In this document: one piece after another, positions 11,901 through 24,406 of the stretch
Numbering within the stretch: position 1 is the first letter of the stretch
Layout of the letters: every line of letters begins with the position of its first letter
NCBI GenBank assembly: GCA_000320545.1
Contig: ADNK01001887.1
Span: forward strand, 1 to 64,000
Source: Bigelowiella natans CCMP2755
Lineage: Eukaryota; Protista; Cercozoa
DNA length: 64,000 bases
Direction of reading: 5' to 3'
Translations under genes and position numbers: made by a program
Notes under the pieces: model-generated
The model's input: the letters and a program-made list of their open reading frames with translations, nothing else
Told to the model about the DNA's origin: nothing
The model's database searches: none

Positions 11901-14295
11901 AGTCCTTTCTTCTTCTTCTTCTCCTTCGATTTTCCGTCCACCAGATCCCCCCCTCCCTCGTAGTCTTCAGCTCCGTTGTGCGGAGAGGCTTTACTGGGTC
12001 GTTCGCACTCTAAGGCGCATGCTGCCCACTACCACAAATCATCGTAATAGCAGGAGAATAGCTTCTTCTTCTTCTTCTTCTTCTTCTTCTTCTTCTTCTT
12101 CTGCTTCTACTTCTTCCACAACCTTTGCTGATGCAATGGAAACTTTGCTCCTGCCGCTCTCGTCGTCGTCCCCGGAGAGGCTGCTGGGGCGGGGTCATGG
12201 CCTGTTTGAAAAGAAAGAGCGAACCCTTCAGGATCATGCACTTTCTTTGTTACAGATTCTGGACCGTCGCCATCATCAACACCGTCTTGACCACAAATCT
12301 CGGAACAGTCAAAGCGGTGATGACGATAAGAAGGGGGGGGGGGGGGGAAGGGCGGTTCAAGTAACCGGCACCTACGATGTACGTGGCACAATTGCAGTGC
12401 TAGCGCTCCTGCAGCTAGATGTGCGGTATCGAAGATTCGCTTCTGAGGCTTTGGAAGGCGTCGTTGGCTGGGCAGAGCACAATTACTGTGATGATGACGA
12501 TCGAAGGATAAGCAGACGACAAGCTAACGAGGAGGACCATGCCGACAGAACCAACGACTTTGGCACTGGTGAGAAGGTTTCTGAGTAGTCAGGGGGGAGG
12601 GACGGCAGCTTGCAACACCAACGGAAACGACGACGACTGCGAAGAAGCCATCGTTTTATTCTTCTTTACCTTTCCTGTCATCTGCAGTTTCATGGATGTT
12701 TTTGATTGTGAGGATAATGATGATTTGAAGATGTTGATGAAGAAGAAGATGGTGATGAGCCATCATCAGTGCAGACAGCTTGCTGCTAGATGCTCAACCA
12801 CCACCACGTCTGATTCATGTGATGATGCCTGTGTTGTAAAGGCAAGGCAGCTTTGGAATCGTCGGTCATCTCCTCCGTCATCGAGGCGCGACATCTGGAT
12901 CTGTCCTTAATACGTGAGGTGTTGAAGCCAATCTTCCGCACGATTTCGGCGCAAAATCCATTCCTCTGTTTGGAAGCTGTGCTGCCTCATCTCTCTCCAA
13001 GAACAGCAAAGCAAGGTAGGTGTTATGTATAAGGCGTCGTCGTGTCACACCTTATTCGATAACGATGTTGACGAGGGCATGATTTCCCGTCTGTGGAGAC
13101 AAGGATTCGCCGTCACACGACTCCACTGACACTCCCCATGCATGTATTTCGCACAAATTATGATCTATACATTTTCAGCAATTTTACCATCTTGATCCTC
13201 GTCGCTCAGTGATGATATTATCCACCCAATTTCTCCTTCTCCTTCTTCTCTTCCTTCTCCTTCTTCTCCTCCTTCTCCTTCTTCTCCTCCTTCTCTTTCT
13301 TCTTCATGATGACCTTAACAGACACTGTTGAAGAAATGGATAAGCAGCGGACGAAGAAGGGCGATGATCATCAATTACCCAAAGGTAGTAACGATATTGG
13401 CAGCAATGGCAATGGCAATGATGACAAGGATGGCAATAGCGACGGTGAGGAGGACGACGATGACGACGATGACGTGGCTTCGTTGCTTAGCAGAAAAGAA
13501 ATTCCCATTGGGAAGTCTCGCCACTTGACTAGAGACGAGTTCATAGACCTTCTTGGGGAGGATAATGCCGCATTGTTTTCGAATTTCAGTGCCTTGGGAG
13601 GTGATGATATAGATAATGAAGAGCACAGTGGAGGTGGTGGTGCTGGCCTTCTCACTGGCCAGAATAAAACAAGCAGCAGCTCAAACCTAGTCTCATCAAG
13701 CGGCAACGATATTTTTGAGACGAAAGACCAGGGAGTTGCGTACGATCGCGCTAAAGGCGATGATAGTAGCGGTGAAGAAGATGACGACGATGTTGACTTT
13801 GGAATCCCCGAGAAGATATTGCTCGCTTCACAGAAAAGGATGAAAAGTTCTTTCCGGCAGAACCCTTCGACGACAGGGTCATTGAAGAAGAAGAAGAAGG
13901 CTGCTGCTCTATCACCTGAGCAGCGATCGGCCCTCCTTGGCTCGATGAACGTAAAGCTCCGCGCCCTGGATCTGATTGAGATCTGCATTCAGCATCTTGG
14001 GAGGAAGGTGGGTGACAGTAACGATGAGCAGAAAAGGAGAACGAAGGGTGCTAGGGCTATGAAGATGACGACCAAAAGAAGAAAGAATAGTGACGGCGAA
14101 ACAGAAAGAGTTGATGGTGGTGGTAATGCTCCTATTGACGGCGCGGGTGGAGAGCCGTCCATTGCACTATTGCTTCTGAGATCGCTTGCGTCGCTATTGG
14201 AGCTGCAAAGAAACGAGCTCCTTCTTCGTTCTCCCACGCAGAGCAAGGTAGCAGCTGTGGAAAGAGAAGAGAAGGAGTAGTAGTAGTTGAAGTGA

Positions 14296-14337
<42 letters not shown>

Positions 14338-16521
14338 TAGTAGTAGGGACGTCATTGCAGCACCTAAGAAGGAAGAAAAGGCATTCATAGATAAATGGCA
14401 AAGCTGTTGTCGCATAACGGCTGCGTGTGGCGTTCGCATAGTACTCAAAGCATACGACGAGCAGTAGTAGTAGTAGTATAGTAATAGTAGCAGCGGCAAA
14501 TGATTGAATGATTGATTCGCACAACGCGACAACAACGACGACAACAATAACAATAACACAATAAATGCTACACCCCTCAGGCCCTGCTCCATCGTATCGG
14601 CAGTATCATTCACAAGATCGTGAAGATCCATCCATTATTCAGTGTTGATGTGGACGGTCAGCAAAAAGAGACGAATGGTCGTAGTAATGAGCCGTCAGTG
14701 ATGACGCGGCTGTTGGAGGTTACTCGCAACACCACAAGGCAAATCATGGATATAGGCTCCTCCTCTTCGTCGGTAGCGAATAAAGCTCTGAAGCCTATGT
14801 TACCGGTATTGTTGTGTAGTTTTTTAAGACCGTGTGTTGTGGACAGTGCTTTGAAGAAGAAGAGTGCCGTGTGGGCGATGATGGGATCATGATGATGACG
14901 ACTATATTATTACTCTTTACTAACCACTATATTGCTACCATATGGAGGACTGTGTTGCGTTGGTCGCTGCACTAGCATGCAAATGCAAAGCTTGTATGTG
15001 TGAGACGCTGCAGTGGAGGTGAGGATGGTGGTAGGGGGTACGATGATCATGTGTGGTGACCCATCCATCTCCGCTCTTACTGGTGCTGCAATGAATGTCA
15101 ATGCTCAGGAGTTGAGCGTATCCCTGTCTTACTTTTTGCGGTCGGTACAAAGCAAAGTAGAGGCGGGGGGGGGGGCGAGGGAGGAAAGCGGCGATAACAA
15201 CATGTGGTGGGGAGAGGCTAAGGGTGAGTTTAAAGGACTGCTGGAGCGCTTTTTCAGTCGACGTGTACCCGGCTTGCCGCACGATCTCATCCTGAATGTC
15301 CTTCTCTCTAATCCCAGGTAGGTGTTTGCGTGTGTGTGGGTGAGAGAGGGGGGGAGGGGCATAATTAAGGAGAAGTCGTACAGTAGTTGCAGTTGTAGTA
15401 GTAGTAGTGGTGGTGGTGGTAGATCATCCTCCACAACAAAAAGGGATTTTGATATTGGTGTTGCTTGTGCTTTCGAATGTGATCCCTCTTTCTTTCTCCT
15501 CATTCCCTATGACAACCCATGGCACCGCTGCCTCCTGATGAGTGAGTGCTGCTCTCCCCCCCTTCTCGGTGCTCTTTTTGGCTGTTGCTGTTCTTTCATG
15601 GCGATTGATTTCTAGGCTAGCTGCGGAGCTGACACCGAATATTGCTAGATTGGGGGCAGTAGAGTGCAAGTCACGATATCTCAGGGCACAGTCCCTTACC
15701 ATTCTCTCCCGTCTCATATCAAACAAGCAATACACCTTCTGGCTGAACCACAGGGCGACCGCCATCGTGCGGAAAGAAGTACATATTCTGCAGCAGTTGT
15801 TGAGTCGTGCTTGTTTGATCGCTGGAACAAATCAGATGAGAAGATACTGTTTTTTCCCTTTAGAAGTGATGCAGATCTGAATTTTTCCTTCTTTCCCCTT
15901 GGTGTACATGCAATCACTTACTGCTCCTTCTTCTGTTTTCTTTCTCATTATGTTATCGATTACAGGTCCTCGAAGGCCTACAAGCCGTGATGCTCAGACT
16001 TGATAATGATGATGATGACGATGATGATAAGAGTAATGATAATGATGATGGAGATAGAGCAAAGGCTGTTCTCCATACACCACTGCATCAGAATCATGCC
16101 AACCAGACAAATGCGGCTGCTAAGAGGACGAAATCGAAGGCGAAAAGCCGCGAAAAGTATAAACGAAGATTCGCCACAAGCTATAAGATGCTTCTAGTTG
16201 AGGTATGCTAATATGTCGTCAAGTGAGTCTTAGATGTCGGAATATAGTGACCATTGCAGTGTGAAGTACTTTGATGATCCGTGGAGAATCGTGACGTTGA
16301 GTATTGAACAGATGAACTCGCGGAAGCACAAGCGCAAATCTGGTAAAAGCACAGCAGCAGTAGATAGAGGAGTAGCAGCTGAAGCCACGGCGACAACTCC
16401 AGTTGCCACTGCTGACGACGACACCCGCAGTGTGTTCACGACAGATAGACTCGAGAGTGGAATTCTTCAATTGAAGAAGAGGCGAAATAGAGGGAAAAGA
16501 CAACGCCGTGGTCCAAAGTAG
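8250..16521 (+). CDS. MYBBP1A / DNA polymerase phi (Pol5) family nucleolar protein, divergent, with N-terminal bipartite leader
   Basis: Family-like motifs: KYSLYRSIRSLYTSHRGARRAFEKCITRLL (cf. YALKRLxRGLxSxRxxARxGF), ISGISAVAESGRL, LIREVLKPIFRTIS, an acidic region, VKLRALDLIEICI (cf. FKLRxLDLxEIY) and a basic C-terminus. Phase-compatible introns include 8322-8385, 8898-9133 and 10651-10847. Confidence 0.72.
13231..13305. repeat. Intronic (TCTCCT/TCT)n pyrimidine tandem repeat
   Basis: Visible degenerate tandem array. Confidence 0.85.
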
Positions 16522-17299
16522 TCCAGCGACTGAAACTCCCAGATGCGGTTAATACTTCGCTTACATGTTTCATCATATTGCTACAGATTTGTATCTACAA
16601 AACATAAGCACAGTTAATTCCCTGCAGTCGCTGCAGAGAGGCAGACACGCTGCCATGCAAAGTGTTTGCACACGCATAATGCGCAATCATGGATACTTTG
16701 GCGATTCTAAGAGCAGTAGATCCATCGTACATGTATATACAATCTACTACAGACACAGTACATATGCATATAATATATATGGTATATACGTTGCGTCTTA
16801 TGTATCTAAGCCAAAAGACTTAGCTTTTGAGGCGAGAAAAATAAGGGCCAAATAGATAAAGTTTGCTTCATTATTGATTGCCCACCGCGTTTGCATGTAA
16901 AGTATATAGGTGTCGCCCACACACGATGAAGATTAGATAATTAAAGGTTGCTTGCGCATACGTGCGGCGCGCTACATAGCTTTTCACCATGTAGCAGCTG
17001 TGGTGTGTATGTACGCGTGGAAAAAGAAAGTCTGCAGATCTTGCTTTGAACGTGCCAGGGGCGGCTGGCAATGACAGATGTCTTAATGTGGATTGTCCTT
17101 AAGGGAGCTCAGTACGCGGAGCATCCGCATTTGAACGACCACGTAAGTAAGTAAACACAATCATGAAGAATCTGCGTAATGTTATTGCACATCTATGCCG
17201 TACATTCACATCTTTAGTTGTTACACTCTTTTTCATTTGTACATTTGATGACACTAAGGCGGAACTTCCGAGTTGTAGCGAACACGGTTGTGGCTGTCA

Positions 17300-18253
17300 T
17301 CACACAAGGTGTGACTTTACATCTTCAATTTCCTCATGATCGCGATTATTGGGGGGCACTTCTGGCTGAAATATATTCTCTCTAGTAGGCTGTAGCGACA
17401 CGGCTTCAGCATCATCGCCAATGTATGTTGACCCTGATAAGAACATTTCACGAAATTTCAATTTGTGCAAAACATTTTGAATGACCAGTGGAACAGAACA
17501 GCGAAGTTCTGGTCGAATATCACCCTCTTGCCTCCGCAAAGAGCGTGTCGCTCGCATGAACGAGACCCAACGGCGTCGCTGATAGCAATAAAACCATGAG
17601 GAGAAATATGATAATTAAGTTGTGAAGTGGAAATTATAATCAATGTCAATTTACATGGTGTCGGGTATACTCCACCCAGCCGAAAGTTTCGAGCAACATA
17701 ATTACGATTACAGCAATAGCAGTTCCAAGAAGGTCTGCTCCAAAGTCCTGCAGATAAAGCGTGTTATTGCATAAAGTCTAATCCAGTCTTTGACGACAAG
17801 TTGATCAGTTTTCGAATAAAATACATTTGGAACTCACCATATATGATGGGTCACCATACCAAAACCATTGCGTGTAATCCAACAGCTCTTTCAACACTCC
17901 AGCAGCTACAGACACCTATATTGCGCAAACAATGCGATGTGTTTCAGTCGGGCGGCTGCAGAACTTTCAACCGAACATATACTGGTGTTTTATGAATTGA
18001 CCAATATTGCGGTGAAAACCCTAGCCCAGCGACGATGCAGTCCAATTCGAGTGAGGCAAAGGCAAGACTGATAAGCTGAAAGACGAAAAAGAAGGACACA
18101 GCCGGCACAGTGGATTGCAGTTGATTGATTGATCAGTTCATTAATAACGAAGACGACGACGACGACCACGACGGGTTTTCGACCGGAAAGGGCGATAATG
18201 AGGCAAGCGGCGATGTGCTGCTTCTTGTCGGTTGCAAGCCACTCAAAGGCCAT
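17300..18253 (-). CDS. Small multi-pass membrane protein, YfiM/DUF2279/VanZ-like (DKxxH...KE..D...D..AD..G)
   Basis: Spliced translation: MAFEWLATDKKQHIAACLIIALS-AYQSCLCL..RVFTAIL-VSVAAGVLKELLDYTQWFWYGDPSYM-DFGADLLGTAIAVI. The 3' end is uncertain. Confidence 0.7.
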
Positions 18254-18721
18254 CAGTTGGCTCCATCATACTTTCGACCCTGTCTAACTTCTCTGCCCGC
18301 CCCTCTTTCCTCCTCCCGTCGCGTGTTTCCGATTCCGATTCTCTGGTCTGCGACAAAAGCATCAACGATCCAAAAAGAAAGAACGTAGGCTATTTTATCA
18401 TCAACAGGAAACTCAAACCAGGGCCTTTTTTAATCCGAGGTTTCACCATTTTCATTGGAATTTCTTGCTGTCGGGAAAATAGGAAACATAGTTTGGAGTG
18501 TGCTATTCCAGCGGGAAGAAACAAGTAAAATTGCCTTTATTTATTGATCTAAAGTTTCAAATTTGGAACACACAAACGGCAATAACTAGCACTTGGCAGA
18601 TTCTTCCGGATCCCGCCCCCCTGCGGTGTTCCACCAACGTGAGTGACTTGTGAGTGGTGTGAATGACCGCTTGTGTGATGAAGTGGGGGGGTTTAAAGGA
18701 TAGGGAGAGTTTCCGTGGGGT

Positions 18722-19941
18722 ATGCGTCCATGTGCGCCACTGTGCTTCTCTGCGGTCGCGTTTGCGAGTTCCAATAATTATCTGGTGTTGTATAACGTCG
18801 AGCAGGAGGTCAGAAGCATGTGGAAGATATTCTCAACGTCGAAGCAGCCGCTTCTCCGTCACATACCGTTTTTCCCCTGCAGCGTCAAGTTTAAGAAGGT
18901 TCTTCCTCTGGCTAAATTCAAGGAGAAGGGCGAGAAGGCAATTCTGGGCCGGGAGGAGGACAACGTCCACTACGTTATTGATTCGAAACGGAAACCTAAT
19001 ATGATCAGGTTTGGTTACATGCAGATATTCGTATTATGATTAATTTTATTGATTCTAGAGTTTCTTCGATGTGCCACCACATATCTGACGAATGACTGCC
19101 AACAAAACTACCGTCAATCAGCCGAAAGCACGCGTCGATTCGCTTCGAAAACGGTCAATGGATACTGGAGGATGAGCGGAGCACAAACGGCATGTTTGTA
19201 AATAATAAGCGTGTATCGAGGGTCGAATTGAAGGATGGGGATATAGTCATCCTCGGCGGTGGCTCCGGGATTCCTATCGGCAACTACAAGGAGCAGAAGG
19301 AGTCAGAATTCATATTCCGCTTTGAGCTGCACGGCGATCCTACTGAGAATTCGTCAATATCCTCTCGGTTAACAACTGCGGTGAAGTCGATCGCATCTGC
19401 TAAGAAGAAACGAACTGGGAATCCCTTGAAAGCTGCAGCACCGACATTAGCAGGGACTCAGGACTTCGGAGAGGGATTAGAAAAAACAGGTCTTTTTTCA
19501 AAGAATCCTCTTCCATCACTCAACGAAGCAAACACACAAGACTTTGTCGAGGAGCCACCCGATTTGGAACATTGTGTTACCCAGGAGTTCTCTGCGGCAA
19601 ATCCAATAGAAGAAGGAGGTACGCAAGAGTTTGCAGATGCCGGTGTCGGTGCGGTGAACGACGGTGGGGGGGGGGCAGTAGTTGTGAGAGAACTGGTTGA
19701 GCGTGTTGGAAACCTCGAAAATGAAGTTAAATTCTTAAAACAAATAATTATGCAATTTATGAAATCTCAAGGCGTAGTTGATAACAACCAATTTAGAACG
19801 AAAGCAGGAATTAAGAGGAACAGAGATGGGAGTAATTCCAGTGAGCTTACCACAGATTATAAGTCAGATAGCAGCAGTAATAATAGTTCAGTGAATAATG
19901 CGTCCAAAACAAGACGAAAGAAGTCTAAAATTTCTTCTTAG
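18722..19941 (+). CDS. FHA-domain protein (RNF8-like FHA) with four TQxF motifs, short coiled coil and basic NLS
   Basis: Spliced LGREEDNVHYVIDSKRKPNMISRKHASIRFENGQWILEDERSTNGMFVN shows the GR..SRxH..STNG FHA signature. Downstream are TQDF, TQDF, TQEF, TQEF, then LVERVGNLENEVKFLKQII and KTRRKKSK. The exact start is uncertain. Confidence 0.85.
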
Positions 19942-20749
19942 TAGTGCTACTACTGCTGCAGCAACCTGCCTGAAATACAGCCTGGCATTTGTCGTGTTCA
20001 GTCATTGCGTCAACGTCATGCGATCGATGTTCATGCTAGATCAACTTCCATTGTGCAGCAGCACAAAAACCACATGAATAATGCATGCAAATTTACAAAA
20101 TATATACAGAAAGCTGCTGCAGCGGCCGCAGGTGCGTGTTCATTTCAGACCGTCATATGTTGTGCAATCGACACAGCGCGGAAGTCGCATGTACGCATGG
20201 CGGCCGCTGCCGATGCGCAACAACGTCCAGCGACACGAATCAAATGCAACGTACAAGGTGCGATGCATGTAATGAGTTACTATGCTCCTCGTGCGCGGAC
20301 ACACGGTGCGTGGCGTGCGCATGTGTCTAGCTGTCAATTTAGGAGCGTAGCTGTTTCCATGTGCGTGTTGTGTTAATGTATATGCAGCCGTTCGTTCGCG
20401 CTTTAATTTTGCGCATCTTCGCTCACACATGCTAGCATGACTAACGGGGACTCGTGCCATGTGACTTTGCTGAGACTTCCAATGTAAGGCCTACTTGTAA
20501 TGATATGGATACACAAGTTCGCATGCCGCAGCTCTATATAAACTTGTAGCTAGACTCGATAAGTATGAGTGTATAGGAGCAATTATGCGCAGCACTAGCC
20601 ATCATCTGAATCATTCGATAGCAAGCATCAGTCTTATCCCAACAGTGGGCATTGTAGTACTTGATTTTATCCTTAATTTCGTGTTGTCGCGATTTACGGC
20701 TACCAAACTTAGAATTACGTAATTTGGGTTGCTAAGCAATTTCTATAAT

Positions 20750-20905
20750 GGCCCAGGAGATCGATAGGCGTCCATCAGCGAACCCTTCTTATTCGCTCGG
20801 GAAGGGCTGGTAGGGTCGTAACGAGGCACGCGTGGCTTAGCTCCCTGCCATAAGTCGGTAACACATTCATATTAAAAACAACCAAACCTTTGAAAGAAAA
20901 AAAAA
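20750..20905 (+). other. Short GC-richer structured element with A-rich tail (possible SINE/retroelement end or ncRNA)
   Basis: Complementary pairs agcgaa/ttcgct and cccttc/gaaggg, followed by attaaaaacaaccaaacc...gaaagaaaaaaaaa. Confidence 0.3.
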
Positions 20906-20949
20906 CGAGGTGGGGAAATATGCAAGAGTCAAAATTGCATGCATCTGCT

Positions 20950-23900
20950 ATTGAACAATGATTTCTGAGTAGAAAACTCCTTGTCTCAATACGAACCTGT
21001 TTCGGTCTGAATCCAAGACCGTAGCTATCTGTTCATATTCAAGGGCACGACGAAATCAGCCAAGGCGACGTCGAAGGCAACAAAAAGTGCGTTAGACTGA
21101 AGACCTGTAGTCTTAACAAAGTGCTTCTTCGGGGCTTCCCAGTTCATGAAAACGAACGTTCTGAATGTTGTTATTAGGTATCATTCATATTTTAGTGCTC
21201 GAAAGCAATAATGGTATCGATATGCGAAAAAGTGCTACAGTAGATCGTAACCATCTGCGTCCTACCCCTTTGCAGAAGTTGCTGGTGATGCCCTCTTGTA
21301 GGTGCCGTGGTGGTTAAAATCAGTTCGAACTGTGGAGCCCTTTGTAAAGAAGAGCGGTTATTATAGAGTACGTTGATGCAGGACAAAATTTCTTATCAGT
21401 ACAGTTTGTTGGGCGCCTCTGTAAATTGTATTTCGGCATTAAATGATAGATTTCCTTGTTTTCTGCAATATACCTTCTTGCCCTTGTGACCGCCTATAAG
21501 TACGCTCGTTTTCTTTGCAAAAACGAGATCCTCTCTGCAATGTATTGTTGTGTGAATGTGCATAAACGTCAGTGTCACAGTATTTGGCATATCTAAGGCT
21601 TCCTAATCATTCAATCCAAAGATACTTAACACTCTAACAATCAACTCAGCTCTATCATTGGAATAGAATTTCGATTTTCAAGTAAGAGATACATCCCACC
21701 TCTTATGGTTTCCTTTGTGATGTCGGTAATCCATCGTTGTTGTTTTGAATTGCTGACATTACAAGTTGAAGAAATAAGACCATTCTGATAGATTCTTTTA
21801 AATGTAGGTTGCTTAATATGCCTCACCGCATATCTAAGTATGTATTTTTAAAAGATTGAGACATACCTCATCCTTGTCTCCTTCCCAGTTCAAAATATCC
21901 TCTTTATTTTCAGGGCTACGTCGCGGCAATGTGCCTTCATTCAATCGGCCGGATCTCCAGGCCGATTCTGTAATATATTAATTCACGGTCATAACTCAAC
22001 TTCTCTCCCCTATCATATATGTGTGAAATACAAAAAATGAGACCTTGAGTGGATTCCAGCTTATTTTTGCCAACTGAGAACGAATGTGTCATTTATTAAT
22101 TATCTTAATTATGTTACCGGGTTGTGCAGTTGCCATCGAACGTAATTTTTCACGCATGATAGATGGAAAAAACAAGAATTCATAAGCTGCAAGATTACCA
22201 ACGTAGAAGTTATTCAGAGGCCTATCCGTAGGTTTATGCTTCACGACTTTCTCCATCAGCACAGGACCCCTAGTCAGAACATTTCGTACAATCGTATTAT
22301 AATCTACACTCAAAGTACGCTCGATGTAAACAGGACAACACGCTTGCTCGAGCTCATATTCACGTTATGACACAGGTCTACATTTGGGTAAAAATAGTAA
22401 TATACATCCGGTTTCATGAGGAATCAATTGTTAAGAAACCGACTTTCCGCGAGCCCCTAAATATGTGACGCCGTACGAATTATCTCCGACACGCGCATCG
22501 AAGAATACCTATGGAGGAGTTGCATCAGAGTTTCGTATAACACATTGTATTTATATCACTCATGGCACTAGAAGCTACAACGAGCAGATAAGAAGAGAGG
22601 AATCAGCGACGCACCGATGTCTTCTTGGCTTCGGGGATCTTGGTCGACTTCTCTGGTAATGGCGATTTTGCTACTATTTCATTCTAAGATTGAATGGGAA
22701 GGCAGAAGTACGATGTAGATTATGAGTGCAACGAGACGTTGGAATTATAACTCGCTATCAGCTTTGCATATATGTACACATGTGCCATCCAGTGTAGGCA
22801 CGTCACGTACCGCATGTCGTATAGTCGAAGTGTAAATCATAGGTTGATCGGCATTTTCTGCGAGCACTCTGTCCATTACGGTTGCTGCCTGAGGCCCGTC
22901 TGATCCCTTTTCCTGAACAACAGTAAACAACGATAAGATGAGCAACCTTTTAACACCGAACGACGACTCGACATGATATAATAAATAGAAACAATGAGCG
23001 TGTGGAGTACATTTTGCGTCATAGTGCGATCAATCTGTTATCTTAGCTCCCATTGGTATTATCGTTTGTTCTAAGGAGTTTTCTTGGTTTCGAAGCAAGT
23101 ATTTTGTATTAAAATTTACCTTCCTTAGCCGAATAAGCATCTTCTGATAATCATCATGGGATTCATCCATCATCGCTACTATTGTTTGACGTAGGCCTCG
23201 TTTTCCCAAAATCCTTCCGTCGTTTCAAGCGATGAATGATACCCGAAAACGGAGTTGCCAAGAAACCTTTATTGAGGAAACATTGCACTTTAATCATATC
23301 TTTCACACTATATCGAGTGTTGCACATCAAGGAGATGAAACGAAGCAAACCTCCCTATACAATGTATCACGTATATAAATAAATTTAACATAGATCTAGA
23401 TCTACCTGCAAATTGCAGAGGGGGACTGATTCGGTTACAGGAACAAGCCACAAGCACTTCGAGACTTCGGTTATCGATGATGCTTACGGTTTTAAATAAT
23501 AAGTGTCAAACCACGTTGATAATCATAGAGCGTCTTCAATAAATTGATGTCGCAGAAAAGTATTAAGTTCAGCTGTTTTCTTGTATCTCTCGAGTTCTTG
23601 GAGAGACTCGAGGACCGACGGGGTTCGATCGGTTGGAATGTGGCTGCAGGAAAGACCAATGAGCAATCTATTCGAAAACGATAAAAATAAAGCACTTCCT
23701 TGAACTTTCCCTGTCGCAAAGGGGACATATCGTAAATTCCTGAACTTCCCGAGTCTCTCAATATTCAGATTTGAAAGCAGTGAATTTTAGAAATTCCCAC
23801 ATAACTTATTATGTATGCGACGAATTCTTTCCAAGAAGGAATTTGTCGATGTAATGTTAATTACATGTTTCTTTCGTCGTATTGTCCCAGAATTAGTCTG

Positions 23901-24300
23901 AAGAACTTTTATCAGAGAATCCCGGTATTCCAGATATGGTTGCATATTCTGGGAAAAACATGGGGTTTTTGCAGCATTCAAGCAAAAGGAGGAGGCCATC
24001 ATCATCCAAAAGGCGAGGAGAAAACATTGAGGAGGAGGAAGCTATCAACCAACAACAATGTGCTCCACCCCGCCCATGTAGTCTAGTCCCACGAATGAAC
24101 CTTTTCCAAACTCTGTTTTACAATTTTGAATAATGTGTTATGGAATTTGGTGCAAATGAATTGCGAGAGTATCCCGTCAACGAGAGTTTTGAGCGAGTAT
24201 TACATTCCTAGCGATCAGACCTTTTGTGCTGGGCGGTGTTGCAGTTTTGTCGCCACCACCCACAGTTCGTCATAACCTCATTGATGCTAGCTTGTGTTGG
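20950..24300 (-). CDS. One or two hypothetical multi-exon genes (unresolved)
   Basis: AG/GT-bounded open segments on the minus strand include MMDESHDDYQKMLIRLRK, EKGSDGPQAATVMDRVLAENADQPMIYTSTIRHA and ITESAWRSGRLNEGTLPRRSPENKEDILNWEGDKDE. Phases could not be fully reconciled and no family was recognised. Confidence 0.35.
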
Positions 24301-24406
24301 GAAACTTCATACTCACAAAAAAGAAAAACTCTGAGCCGATATCGAATTCTCAGAGAGGAGTGAGGCAGTTGTTTCGGAGACGGATTGGAAGAGCCAGGGA
24401 AGCAAA

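Noticed and set aside
20760-20800. Hammerhead ribozyme on the minus strand (CUGAUGG)
   Set aside because: The core deviates from CUGANGA and there is no GAAA partner.
20950-24300. Degraded LINE or endogenous viral element
   Set aside because: No RT (YxDD), endonuclease, integrase or capsid motifs were seen, and the segments have spliceosomal-type boundaries.
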